The notes under the pieces: model-generated
The model's database searches: none
Told to the model about the DNA's origin: nothing
What the model saw: only the letters and a program-made list of their open reading frames with translations
Source: Pseudomonadota bacterium
GTDB lineage: Bacteria; CALINM01
Direction: 5' to 3'
Assembly: GCA_026418415.1 (NCBI GenBank)
Contig: JAOABK010000005.1
Location: 1,943 to 65,942, forward strand
Length of the DNA: 64,000 nucleotides
Position numbers and translations under genes: made by a program
Shown here: piece after piece, positions 40,364-50,715 of the stretch
How positions within the stretch are numbered: the stretch's first letter is position 1
How the letters are laid out: each line of letters opens with the position of its first letter

Positions 40364-42370
40364 AAATTCTGTTGAACTTAATGGCAATTTGATTGTAAAT
40401 GTAGTACCTTTACCATAGGTACTTTCAACCTGAACATTACCATAATGAAGATTTATAAGCTCTCTTACGAGGTAAAGGCCAATACCTGTTCCACGAGTAG
40501 TTCTATTTGGACCAGCATCAATCATATAAAATTTGTCAAAAATCTTAGATAAATCTTCTTCCTTAATACCTATACCAAAGTCTTTAATTTTAATATAAAC
40601 GAGATTTCCGCTTATAGTTGTACTCACTTCAACCCTACCATTGGTTTTTGAATATTTTATGGCGTTTGAAATGAGATGATAAAAGCACTGCATGAGAAGT
40701 TCTTCGTCTCCCTCAACTTTTATAGGTCTATCATGAAAAGCTTTTATGAAAGTTATCTTTTTAGATTCCGCCTCTTTTTTTAACTCTTCAATTGCCTTTC
40801 TTATTAAGGAATGAATATCAACAGGAGCATGCCTAATCTTAAGGAAAGAAGGAATATTCTCAAACTTGCTTATAGTTAGAAGATTATCTATTAGTCTTAC
40901 AAGCTTATTTACCTCATTTAGCATATTATTTAAAATCACCTGCTTTGATTCTTCATCTTTTAGAATCTTCTGACAAAGTATTTCATTAAAGCCCTTTATA
41001 ATAGTTAGTGGAGTTCTTAGTTCATGCGATATATTTGCCATATAATTTTGACGCCAAATATTTAAATCTTTAAGCCTTCTGTATCTTAGAGCATTTTCCA
41101 ATGCAATACTACTAAAGTTTATTAATGGTTCAAACATCTGAAAGATTCTTTCATCAAAATCTTTATTCTGATTTAAAAACAAAATAACACCTAAATAATG
41201 CTTTTGAAATTTTATGGGCAGAACTAATGCTCTCTCTGGATTATAGCCTAAATCACTCACAATATTTTTCAAATAATTATGAATATCTTTATGGGCTTTT
41301 AAGTAAAGAAAAGTTACGCCTTCTGATAACTTTAACAATATGTTAGAACTAATTGTATTTCCTGGTGTTAACCTGTTATTTATACCCACAACTGACTTGA
41401 CAAAAAATTCGTTAATAGTATTTTCTTTATTCTGTAAAAAAACTAAAGTATCCGATGGTAATAAATTATTAAACTCATGTACTATTTTTTCTATTACCTC
41501 TTCTAACTCAAGCTCTGCAGTAAGGGTTTTGCCAAAATTATTGACTATAGAAAGATGATTAATCCTCTGCATCAACTCAGAAACATCTTCAAAAACTATT
41601 AAAATCCCCCTATCTGTATATCCCGTATTCAAAGAGTTGATATTTATGGAAAAAGTTCTTTCTCCTAAATTCATACAAAACTGCGTAGAAATATTTTCAT
41701 TCGACTTTATTGCTTCAGAAGAGGGAAACATACCCTTAATGCTTATATCACTATCCATTCCCAATACTTTAAAGAGATTTTTCCCGAGCATCTCTCTTTC
41801 TGTAATTCCAAGAAGATCTTGAGCAGACTTATTTACAAAAAAAACTTTATAATCGCTATTGCACTCTATAACACCTTCTTTCATGGTAGAAAGGATCTGA
41901 GAAAGATGATTCTCTATTTCAATTAATTCCTTTGTCATTTCACGGGGATAAATTTTTTCTATACCAACAATACTATTTCTCAAAGAATTTACATCACTTT
42001 TGGTTTCAAAACGTTCTATTACTGAACGAATACTCTCTACAAAGTTCTGTATAGGACTTTTAGCAATATAGGCATCTGCATTTATTTCTTTAACACGATT
42101 TGCAACTTCTATTGCAACTCCAGTCATTATTATTACTGGTGTTTTCGACTTATTAGGATCTTCCTTTAAATATTTACAAAGCTTAGAGCCATCAATTTGA
42201 GGCATTATATGATCTATGAGAATATAGTCAAAATCCCTTTTTTGTAAACAATCCCAAGCTTTGATTGGATCTGTATAAGATTCAACATCAAACCCCAAGG
42301 GCATTAAAGCTTCTTTTATAGTTTCAAGAAAAAAAGGATTGTTATCAACTATGAGTACTTTCTTTGCCAT
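40355..42370 (-). CDS. Hybrid sensor histidine kinase with N-terminal receiver domain (REC-PAS-GAF-HisKA-HATPase)
   Basis: REC domain with phospho-acceptor region ILIDHIMPQIDG; H-box ISHELRTPLTII; C-terminal G1/G2 boxes (GTGIGLYLV). Confidence 0.85.
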   Translation of the reverse strand: MAKKVLIVDNNPFFLETIKEALMPLGFDVESYTDPIKAWDCLQKRDFDYILIDHIMPQIDGSKLCKYLKEDPNKSKTPVIIMTGVAIEVANRVKEINADAYIAKSPIQNFVESIRSVIERFETKSDVNSLRNSIVGIEKIYPREMTKELIEIENHLSQILSTMKEGVIECNSDYKVFFVNKSAQDLLGITEREMLGKNLFKVLGMDSDISIKGMFPSSEAIKSNENISTQFCMNLGERTFSININSLNTGYTDRGILIVFEDVSELMQRINHLSIVNNFGKTLTAELELEEVIEKIVHEFNNLLPSDTLVFLQNKENTINEFFVKSVVGINNRLTPGNTISSNILLKLSEGVTFLYLKAHKDIHNYLKNIVSDLGYNPERALVLPIKFQKHYLGVILFLNQNKDFDERIFQMFEPLINFSSIALENALRYRRLKDLNIWRQNYMANISHELRTPLTIIKGFNEILCQKILKDEESKQVILNNMLNEVNKLVRLIDNLLTISKFENIPSFLKIRHAPVDIHSLIRKAIEELKKEAESKKITFIKAFHDRPIKVEGDEELLMQCFYHLISNAIKYSKTNGRVEVSTTISGNLVYIKIKDFGIGIKEEDLSKIFDKFYMIDAGPNRTTRGTGIGLYLVRELINLHYGNVQVESTYGKGTTFTIKLPLSSTEFLQ

Positions 42371-42452
42371 TTTTTACTATTATTTTACAAGTTTATTTGC
42401 TTTTTACAAGTCTTTTATTCTTTTTTCAATATTTTTTAGTTACAATTAAAGA

Positions 42453-43346
42453 ATGATTGATCTCCATATTCACACTACTTTTAGTTCAGATGGAATTTAT
42501 AGACCTGAAACTATTTTAAAAAAGGCTGTTGAAAAAGGTTTAAAGGCTTTATCATTTACAGACCATAACGAAATTTTGGCAAATTATATAGGTTTAAAGA
42601 AAGCAAAAAACTTTAATTTGAAATATATAATTGGAACTGAAATCACAAGTTATTACAAAAAAAGAGAGTTACATATACTTGGATATTTCTTTTCTATTGA
42701 CTCACAAATAATTAAGGATCTATTAAAAAACATAAGAAACGAAAAGTTAATGCAAGCCAAAAAGATCTGTAAAAAATTACAAAACTTGGGATTTGAAATA
42801 TATTTAGAAGATGTTTTGAAGTTTTCTAAAAGAAAGCCTCCAACTGGTGTAAGCTTTTTAAAAGCAATTCTAAAAAATAATAAAAATTTGAAAGATGAAA
42901 GGCTAATTCCTTATATAAAAGGGGGAAAAAAACGCTCACCATTTATGCATTTTTATAACGATTGGCTTACTCCTAATAAACCCGCATATGTTCCAGGAAA
43001 GGAAATCACTACTGAAGAAGCAATTTATAGTATAATAAAAAGCAATGGATTAGCAGTTATTGCCCATCCACAAAACCTTTCTGAAGCAGATATAGAGGAA
43101 CTGATAAGAATGGGGTTGAATGGAATTGAGGTATATACAACATATCACGATGAAAAGAAAAGACTTTTTTATAAGACCATTGCAGAAAAAAGGGGCCTCA
43201 TAATGACCGCTGGCTCAGATTATCATGGAGAAAGAATTAAAAAGGACGTTCATTTGGGAGAGATTGGGGAAAATGATATTGTTTTATTAGAAAGAATGGA
43301 GGAATATTACAAAAAATACTATGGCAAGAACCCTTATAGCATGTGA
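42453..43346 (+). CDS. PHP-domain metal-dependent phosphoesterase (TrpH/YciV-like)
   Basis: MIDLHIHTTFSSDG PHP motif I; 297 aa. Confidence 0.75.
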   Translation: MIDLHIHTTFSSDGIYRPETILKKAVEKGLKALSFTDHNEILANYIGLKKAKNFNLKYIIGTEITSYYKKRELHILGYFFSIDSQIIKDLLKNIRNEKLMQAKKICKKLQNLGFEIYLEDVLKFSKRKPPTGVSFLKAILKNNKNLKDERLIPYIKGGKKRSPFMHFYNDWLTPNKPAYVPGKEITTEEAIYSIIKSNGLAVIAHPQNLSEADIEELIRMGLNGIEVYTTYHDEKKRLFYKTIAEKRGLIMTAGSDYHGERIKKDVHLGEIGENDIVLLERMEEYYKKYYGKNPYSM

Positions 43347-44631
43347 TTTTGATGGCACAGTTAATAAAATCGATATTGGAAGAGCAATTTCAAAGTATTT
43401 GTTTCCAGATACATGGAAAGACATAGATAGCAAATTTAAAAAGGGGCTTATAAATAATTTTGAGTTCTATTCAAAATATTTAAAACCACATTTTAGTAAA
43501 AACTATCAAGAGATAAAAAAAGTTATATCAAAAAATTTACGAATAAATGAAGGGTTTAAAGAATTTTATTCAGAATCGTTAAAAAGGGGCGATAAACTAA
43601 TCATTCTTAGTGATGGTTTCGATATTTATATTGATGCCTTTTTAAAAAAATATAACCTATCTATTGATTACTTTTCAAATAGAATAACAGAAATTGATGA
43701 AAAAACATTTTCTTTAGCCTATCCTTTCCATTGCTTAGCCTGCCCAATATGTGGAACATGCAAATCAAAGATATTAGAAAAAATAAAAAAGAATTTTGCA
43801 AGGACTATTTATATTGGAGATGGAGATTCAGATATCTGTCCATCCTTTCAATCTGAAGTTTTTTTTGGCAAAAGAAAAGTTTTAATAAAAATACTAAATA
43901 CAGAAGATATTGCAAATATTAATTCTGCCTTCTTTTACCTCTATGACTTTCATTCCCTAAATCAAAATTTGAAAAAATTTAACAAAATTAAATGTGTAAT
44001 TTTCGATTTAGACGGAACCTTAGTTGATGGCTTTGATATTATTTATGAAAGTTTTAATTTTGCTTTAAAACAAATGGGTTTGAAAACTGTTCCCAATTAT
44101 AAGATTAGAAAAGTGATAGGACCAGCTCTATCAGAAGGTTTCAAAAGACTTGTTCCAGAACACTTAGTAGAAAAGGGGGTTAGGCTTTATAGAGAATATT
44201 ACAAAGAAAGATATTTACAAAGAACCTTATTATTTGAAGGAATTAGAGAATTGTTAATCATGTTAAAGGACAGAAAAATTATTGTTGGTCTTATAACAAA
44301 TAAAAAGGGCAACTTTGCAAAGGACCTTCTTGAATATCTTAATTTAATTAAGCTTTTCGATTTTGTTATGGGAGCAGAAGAAGGATTTCTTCCCAAACCC
44401 CATGGTGATTCGATAAACCATATTAAAGAGAAATATAACTTAAGTTCTGAAGAAATTGTATATATAGGTGATTCTTCTATCGATGGAGAGTTTGCAAACA
44501 AATCAAAAGTAAATTTCCTATCAGTTGGTATGGGATTGGGAAAAGAAAAAGAATTATATAAATTTAAACCCCTCAGTTTCTGTTACAATACCATACAGCT
44601 AAGAAATGTTTTAGATAAGTTAGTTATCTAA
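43321..44631 (+). CDS. Tandem HAD-superfamily phosphatase (N-terminal MtnX-like HAD plus C-terminal Gph/PpaX-like HAD)
   Basis: Two DxDGT motif I copies (ACDFDGTV, IFDLDGTL); motif IV IGDGDSD / IGDSSIDGEFA. Confidence 0.7.
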   Translation: MARTLIACDFDGTVNKIDIGRAISKYLFPDTWKDIDSKFKKGLINNFEFYSKYLKPHFSKNYQEIKKVISKNLRINEGFKEFYSESLKRGDKLIILSDGFDIYIDAFLKKYNLSIDYFSNRITEIDEKTFSLAYPFHCLACPICGTCKSKILEKIKKNFARTIYIGDGDSDICPSFQSEVFFGKRKVLIKILNTEDIANINSAFFYLYDFHSLNQNLKKFNKIKCVIFDLDGTLVDGFDIIYESFNFALKQMGLKTVPNYKIRKVIGPALSEGFKRLVPEHLVEKGVRLYREYYKERYLQRTLLFEGIRELLIMLKDRKIIVGLITNKKGNFAKDLLEYLNLIKLFDFVMGAEEGFLPKPHGDSINHIKEKYNLSSEEIVYIGDSSIDGEFANKSKVNFLSVGMGLGKEKELYKFKPLSFCYNTIQLRNVLDKLVI

Positions 44632-44643
44632 AACTTTTATAAT

Positions 44644-45129
44644 TCATTTTTTCCAGAAAGTCTCAACCAGACCCACCTTCCATTCTCCATTCTCTTTAAT
44701 CATCTTCAAGTTAAAGGGATTCTCTGATTTTTTATGTCTAATAATGATCTCAGCACTGTCCCTTTTCTTAAGAACCTTTTCCCAAATGCAATCGTTCAAT
44801 ACAGTATGGGGATCAAAATCTTTTAGAAAACCATTCCAATAGGATTTGGCAATAAAACCATTTATACTAAAATCGGATCTTAATTGTTCAATCGAATAGG
44901 TCACACCCGTTGATTTTGATGCATTATATACATCATCTATCAATTTTTCCTGAGATTTTTTTGACAAATAAAACCACACCTTATCAAAATTTCTATCTTC
45001 AAGAGACTTAAAAAAAGTTTCTGCTGAATCAAGAATAATGTTTACTTCATTATTATTATCTATAGCAAAGCATAGTTGAAAAAACAAAGGAAAAGTTAAA
45101 ACTACAAAAAGCTTAATAATCCCTTTCAT
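44644..45129 (-). CDS. Secreted hypothetical protein
   Basis: Signal peptide; no recognisable motif; last gene of the export module. Confidence 0.45.
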   Translation of the reverse strand: MKGIIKLFVVLTFPLFFQLCFAIDNNNEVNIILDSAETFFKSLEDRNFDKVWFYLSKKSQEKLIDDVYNASKSTGVTYSIEQLRSDFSINGFIAKSYWNGFLKDFDPHTVLNDCIWEKVLKKRDSAEIIIRHKKSENPFNLKMIKENGEWKVGLVETFWKK

Positions 45130-45141
45130 TTACGATTAATT

Positions 45142-45678
45142 TTAATGGTGTCCAGTAGTAATCACGGGCGTGGTTCCACCACCTCCTCCACCGGCACCAG
45201 TAATAGCAATAGCACCACCCACAACTACTGCTGTTATTCCTGCACCCACTGCAATTGTTCCAGCAGTTATTCCACCAAGCACATTTGCTCCTGCGAGTGA
45301 ACCGCTTAGTGTTATAGAACCTGATGCAGCAGTTGCTTTAATTACATTTGCTGATGTAGCACCAATAGCAATACCAGAATTATTTAAAGCAGAAGCGATT
45401 GCTTCTGGAGAACCAATAATATAACCTCCTCCCAATTCCTGAGGGAGTGGGATTGCCATCTGTTCGCCAACTAATTTTGGTGGAACAGAAAGTTGAGTAT
45501 ACATTATCCCTGGATGATTAATTAAAAGTTGAAGTTGGTCTTGAGATAGTTTTACAACTGTTCCATCACCTAAAGTCATCACAGGATACTGAGCTTGTGC
45601 ATACGAAAATTTTGGAACTATAAAGGATGTTAAAAAGGTAATCATTAAAAAAACTGCTACAAAGCCCCTCTTACCCAT
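45142..45678 (-). CDS. Secreted Gly/Ala-rich low-complexity protein (YjbE/GfcA-like composition)
   Basis: Signal peptide; C-terminal half made of G/A/I/T runs ending GAGGGGGGTTPVITTGHH. Confidence 0.5.
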   Translation of the reverse strand: MGKRGFVAVFLMITFLTSFIVPKFSYAQAQYPVMTLGDGTVVKLSQDQLQLLINHPGIMYTQLSVPPKLVGEQMAIPLPQELGGGYIIGSPEAIASALNNSGIAIGATSANVIKATAASGSITLSGSLAGANVLGGITAGTIAVGAGITAVVVGGAIAITGAGGGGGGTTPVITTGHH

Positions 45679-45710
45679 AATTGCCTCACTATTTTTTATT
45701 AATTTGAAGT

Positions 45711-47768
45711 TTACCTTTGAAAAATATCCCTGTCAATATAAATTTTCTGGTTTCTACCAACAAAATCAAAGAGATTATTATAATGGGAGATGTCCTGTGC
45801 TACATCTCTTGTCCAAGGAGAGAGAGAGTATAAATAAGAGGTTTTAGAATCACTTCCTTCAAACAATCTTATGGGAATAGAAACAGATATTCCCTTATCA
45901 TGATAGCCTGAATTTAGTTTATCTTTAAATACAGATGTATCTGTAAAACTATACCAACCAGTTATTACAACTCCACTTATAAATTTAGATATAGAAACTC
46001 TTGTACCAAAATCACCCGCTAAAAATCTACCTGTTTTTATATCTAAAAAGATATCTTTTTCAGGTATATTTAATCTCATATTAAAAAAGCCTGTAACATA
46101 GTAATCTTTAGCTTTTTCAGTATCTAATCTAAAAGGACTATCTATAGATCTCTTTTTTACAATGCTCGAGTTTATACCTAAAAAAACCCTTCCATCCAAA
46201 AAAGGTTTTGCAATCTCAAAATCAATCCCTGCATACTGAATTTCAAGGAAGCCAAAAGAAAGCCTTGTATATATCTCTTTTTGAAATTTATTTATTTGAT
46301 CTACCATAAATCTTCCAAGGGAGACATTTTCTTTCATGTAAAGAGGTAAATCAGTCCTCACTGGAACTGACAACGGTTCGTTCACTGTAGAAACTGTATT
46401 TATGGGATACCCTTCAATGGCAGTAATAAAAGAATTACCTTCCCATAAGTGAAAACTTGCCCACAAAGAAAGCCCAAGCCTGTACTTAAAGAAACCAGAG
46501 GGATCGTTTAAAAAGGTTTGTAGAGATGGTTTAATGCCATATCTAACTATTTTTTTATAAACACCCTCTTCTATAGAAGTTTTATAAATATCTGTTTTAA
46601 TCTCTGATAGGAGATAAAAATCCTTTTTTGTTATTTCATTTTCGAAATATTCCTTTATTATCTCTTTTTTTGAAGAAAAACCTATTAGGGGTATACCATG
46701 ATTTTTTAAAACAATTTCTACATCATCGAGTTCTATCTCTTTGATCTCATTAACAAGCCTTAAAATAACTTCGATTGCCCTTGGAGCATAAAAATATTTA
46801 TCATTTTGCATTTCTAAGCATAGTTTACTCCCCTTATAAGAGACACCAATATCACTAAATCCAATCATTTCAAGGCTTTTCGCAATCTTATCTTCAATTG
46901 ACATTTCATTTTCAATTAATTTGGGTTCTTTATCTATAATTGGTATTAAAGGTTTCCCTATTTGAAAGTTAAAATTAATATTTACCCCAAATTCTTCTCC
47001 TCTCTGATAGGTTAAATCTACTCCCATCCAGTCAAAGGGCTTGAATCTCAGTCCATAATTGAAATGTGAAGACACAGGGCTTTTAAAATGTTTTTTTTGG
47101 GCAGGATCTCTAATTTGTCTATGAAACTCAATAGGGCTGTATTCTACCATCAATGCAAATTTATTATTTGGTGAAAATTGAACACCACCAAAAAATTTTG
47201 ATTCCCTTAACCAATCGAGGGGATTTTGAATCATTTCTATTTTGATACCCTCTCCTTGTTCATTTAACTGCTTTTCTCCGAATCTGCCATTTCCAAAACC
47301 CAATGTAAAATCAAAGGGATAGATTTGCTTACTCGCAACAATATACTGCGAACTATAAAGCCTTGTACCATGGGGATCCATAATACCTATAGCAACTGAA
47401 GGTAGATACTTACTCTCGGGCACTAACTTATACTTGATATCAAAAGCTTTGTCTTTATAGTTCCCATATCCTTTCCATTTAGGGTCTTTTTTTGAAGCAG
47501 GCACATCAAGTATCTCTGTAATTCTCCCTGTAATCTCTAAATTTTTCAGAGGACTAAAAACTACATAAAAATACCTATAAGGCTCAACCTGAGAGATACC
47601 AAAGGTGTATGAATTTTGTTTTATTGTTCTTGCAGAGGGGATTTCCATAAGACCTGATGTACCTATATTAGATGGTGTATCAAAGGGCTGATCTATACAA
47701 TAAAGATTTTTACAAGAAAAGAATATAAAAAAAACGACAAGAAAAGCCTTCTTCCTTATAAAAGACAT
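45711..47768 (-). CDS. Outer-membrane beta-barrel protein, YjbH/GfcD-like (group-4-capsule-type polysaccharide translocon component)
   Basis: 685 aa; signal peptide with Cys; amphipathic beta-strand periodicity. Its size and its position immediately downstream of wza match gfcD/yjbH. Assignment rests on context and size. Confidence 0.5.
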   Translation of the reverse strand: MSFIRKKAFLVVFFIFFSCKNLYCIDQPFDTPSNIGTSGLMEIPSARTIKQNSYTFGISQVEPYRYFYVVFSPLKNLEITGRITEILDVPASKKDPKWKGYGNYKDKAFDIKYKLVPESKYLPSVAIGIMDPHGTRLYSSQYIVASKQIYPFDFTLGFGNGRFGEKQLNEQGEGIKIEMIQNPLDWLRESKFFGGVQFSPNNKFALMVEYSPIEFHRQIRDPAQKKHFKSPVSSHFNYGLRFKPFDWMGVDLTYQRGEEFGVNINFNFQIGKPLIPIIDKEPKLIENEMSIEDKIAKSLEMIGFSDIGVSYKGSKLCLEMQNDKYFYAPRAIEVILRLVNEIKEIELDDVEIVLKNHGIPLIGFSSKKEIIKEYFENEITKKDFYLLSEIKTDIYKTSIEEGVYKKIVRYGIKPSLQTFLNDPSGFFKYRLGLSLWASFHLWEGNSFITAIEGYPINTVSTVNEPLSVPVRTDLPLYMKENVSLGRFMVDQINKFQKEIYTRLSFGFLEIQYAGIDFEIAKPFLDGRVFLGINSSIVKKRSIDSPFRLDTEKAKDYYVTGFFNMRLNIPEKDIFLDIKTGRFLAGDFGTRVSISKFISGVVITGWYSFTDTSVFKDKLNSGYHDKGISVSIPIRLFEGSDSKTSYLYSLSPWTRDVAQDISHYNNLFDFVGRNQKIYIDRDIFQR

Positions 47769-47793
47769 ATATCAGAATTTTTTCCTGTCATCT

Positions 47794-50715
47794 TTAGAAA
47801 AGATTTATTACAACGCCAGCAGTTACTGCCATTTGCATTAGAATTTGCGTAATATCTTTAATCTCTCTTAACCAGGCTATCCTATCCAATTTTTCGGGAA
47901 CAACAATCGTATCGCCTGGCTCTATCTCTTTTTCTTCTTCACCAAAGGATGATAGTTCCCAACGTGACTTTATAGAGTTCCAATTAATCCAGCCCTTTGA
48001 AATTCTTTTAGCAGTTCCATCAACTTTTAAAATATAAACATTATCTTTGTCAGCAAACCTCGAAAATCCACCCGCTAAATTTATATAATCCATATAAACA
48101 TATTTTTCAGAGTAAATTACACTTGTTTGTGACATTACAGATCCTGTTACTGTAACAACACTACTTTTGGCTGGTATATATAAAGAATCTCCATCTTCAA
48201 GTTCAATATCATACTCACTATTCTTTAAAAGCCTTAAATGGGCAAGTTTGATACTCATTCTTCCCGTTGCTTTAAATTTTTTCAGAGAATCAATAAACCT
48301 TTTTTTACTCTCTAACTCGACCTTTTTGGCTGTTATCTCTTCTTGGGATACAGAAGTTGAGGCTGAAATAGCTCCCTCTGCTAAAAGCTCCCTCTCAAGC
48401 TTTGCTATCATTTCATCAAGAGATTTCTGTTGAAGTTCCTTTACGCTTTTTCTTGTAAATATTGCCCCTCTTAAATAAGCATTCTTTGTATAACCACCAG
48501 CTCTCTCTATTAAAGAAGAAATCTTCTCTCCCTTTTTAAGTATATATCTCCCAGGAAATAAAACCTCACCCGATATTGTTGCATACTCCTCTTTACGCCA
48601 ATCTGAAAGCCTTTTAATAAAAATTCTATCATAGGGTTTTAATAATATATTGTGTTCTCTAACATCCATAAGGGCTTTTGCAAGATTTATTTTTTTATGA
48701 TCTATCTTTACAATTTTATTATTTTCTATTACCTGTGAAGAAATCTCTGCTTCTTCAAGATAGGCAGACTCTAAAAGGTTGCCCGCTTTAAAAATAAGGT
48801 CTCTGACTGTCATACCTTCTGTATATTGATACTCTCCAGGCTTTAAAACTTCTCCACTAATGAAAACCACTTGTTTGTATTTTTCTTCATTAATAGAATG
48901 TATAATAATTCTATCTTCATCTTGTACCTTTATATTTTCATTTGGATCGCCAGATATTACCTTCTCAAGATTAAAGTATATTGTTTTATAATCTCTACTT
49001 GGAGTAACCCTTATAAGCTCGCCTTGCTTCATATAAGCCAATCTCGTAAGTCCACCTGCAAGAGCAATTACATCTCTGATAGTAGTATTTTCCATTATGG
49101 CAAACTTACCTGCTTTTCTTACTTCTCCTTGAATAGTAACAATGGGCTTATCTTTAAAGAACCATTTATTAAATACATAAATTATATCTTGGGGTTTTAG
49201 TTCAATATTATGTTCATCATTGCCACTTAAGATTGCTTTTTCTAAATTAAAGGGAACAAGTTCAGTTCTTAAATCTGGCAAAGCTAATCTTTTTATGAGG
49301 GCATAATCAAAATATGTTTCTGGTAATAGATCATTTGCATCTTTTATAATATCTTTCAGCCTCATTCCTATTTTATATTCATATTTACCCTGTTTTTTAA
49401 CATTTCCATATAGGTAGACTACATTAATATCCTTTTCTACAATATTGAAAATGTTTATTAAATCTCCATCTTCAAGTTTGAAGTTTTTTGACTTTTCAAG
49501 ATTTTTATCATCTATATCAATGATTATCTGTCTTTCATTCTTTATTATCCTCTCTACCTGAATTTGCTGAGTATAACCTGTTGGTAAAATTCCTCCAGCA
49601 AGTTCTATTAGATCATTTAAAGTATTTCCTTCTTTGAGCTCATAAATTGCTGGCCTTTTAACATTTCCAACTATTCCCACTATTGGACCAGCAACTGGTA
49701 CAAATATAACATCCCCTGCTTGTAAAATTTTATCCTGTGACTTGTCTCCTTTTAGAAGAAGGTCGTATAAATCAAATACCGCAACAACTTTATCCCTTCT
49801 TTTTAACTGAACATTCCGCATACTACCAATATTATTTGGTCCACCAGCTATAAGAAGAGCGTCTGTAATCGTAGCAAAAGAACCAATATTATATGCACCA
49901 GGCTTCCTTACGTCACCTAATACAAAGATGGGTATGCTTTTTAAATTACCCATGGTTATACTTATATTAGTACCAACTATCTCTTCCGCCCTTTTAGAAA
50001 TTAAACTTACCATCTGGTCATATGTTAATCCAGAGATCTGAATAGGACCTATATTTGGGATTGTAATGTTTCCATTTCTATCAATAACAAGGTTATACTG
50101 GGCATTTATTCTGCCCCACATTAGAATTCTTATTTCATCTCCTGGACCAACTACATATTTACCTGGAACAGGCATATCCCTTCTATCAGTTATAATTCTT
50201 GAGCCAGCAGTTTTAAAAAACTCATAACCAAAGGGCTTTAAATCTTTTTTGATTGTCTGGTATCCCTGTATATCCCTGAACCTTTTAAATAATATATCTT
50301 CCAAATCTTTTTCCATTTCTACTTTGTTTATTTCTTCCTTTTTCTTCTCCGTTTCTACTGTTTCCTTACTTTTTGATTCTAATTCTTCTTTACCCTTTAT
50401 TACTTCATCTAATGTCAACCCCTGAAATTCTGGCATATTTTTTATTGCTTCTACAGCTTCTGGTGTTAATCCCTTTTGTTGAATTATCTCCTGGGCAGAT
50501 TTTCTTTGTTCTGGACTTATATTCTTTAGTTGTTCTGGAGTAATATTTGTATTAGAAGGCTGGTTTAAATCTGGAGAAATATTTATTATCTGTAATTGAT
50601 TTGGATTTGATCCACTAAAATCTGCAGTTTGCTGTGCAAGGATATTAATACCTGAAATGAAAAAAATGAAAGAAGAGAGTAAATATATTTTCAATTTTTT
50701 AATGATATTACACAT
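47794..50715 (-). CDS. wza: Polysaccharide export protein, Wza/KpsD family, unusually large (973 aa) with multiple SLBB repeats
   Basis: Poly_export core PGDEIRILMWGRINAQYNLVIDRNGNITIPNIGPIQISGLT; several soluble-ligand-binding beta-grasp repeats; signal peptide. Confidence 0.8.
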   Translation of the reverse strand: MCNIIKKLKIYLLSSFIFFISGINILAQQTADFSGSNPNQLQIINISPDLNQPSNTNITPEQLKNISPEQRKSAQEIIQQKGLTPEAVEAIKNMPEFQGLTLDEVIKGKEELESKSKETVETEKKKEEINKVEMEKDLEDILFKRFRDIQGYQTIKKDLKPFGYEFFKTAGSRIITDRRDMPVPGKYVVGPGDEIRILMWGRINAQYNLVIDRNGNITIPNIGPIQISGLTYDQMVSLISKRAEEIVGTNISITMGNLKSIPIFVLGDVRKPGAYNIGSFATITDALLIAGGPNNIGSMRNVQLKRRDKVVAVFDLYDLLLKGDKSQDKILQAGDVIFVPVAGPIVGIVGNVKRPAIYELKEGNTLNDLIELAGGILPTGYTQQIQVERIIKNERQIIIDIDDKNLEKSKNFKLEDGDLINIFNIVEKDINVVYLYGNVKKQGKYEYKIGMRLKDIIKDANDLLPETYFDYALIKRLALPDLRTELVPFNLEKAILSGNDEHNIELKPQDIIYVFNKWFFKDKPIVTIQGEVRKAGKFAIMENTTIRDVIALAGGLTRLAYMKQGELIRVTPSRDYKTIYFNLEKVISGDPNENIKVQDEDRIIIHSINEEKYKQVVFISGEVLKPGEYQYTEGMTVRDLIFKAGNLLESAYLEEAEISSQVIENNKIVKIDHKKINLAKALMDVREHNILLKPYDRIFIKRLSDWRKEEYATISGEVLFPGRYILKKGEKISSLIERAGGYTKNAYLRGAIFTRKSVKELQQKSLDEMIAKLERELLAEGAISASTSVSQEEITAKKVELESKKRFIDSLKKFKATGRMSIKLAHLRLLKNSEYDIELEDGDSLYIPAKSSVVTVTGSVMSQTSVIYSEKYVYMDYINLAGGFSRFADKDNVYILKVDGTAKRISKGWINWNSIKSRWELSSFGEEEKEIEPGDTIVVPEKLDRIAWLREIKDITQILMQMAVTAGVVINLF

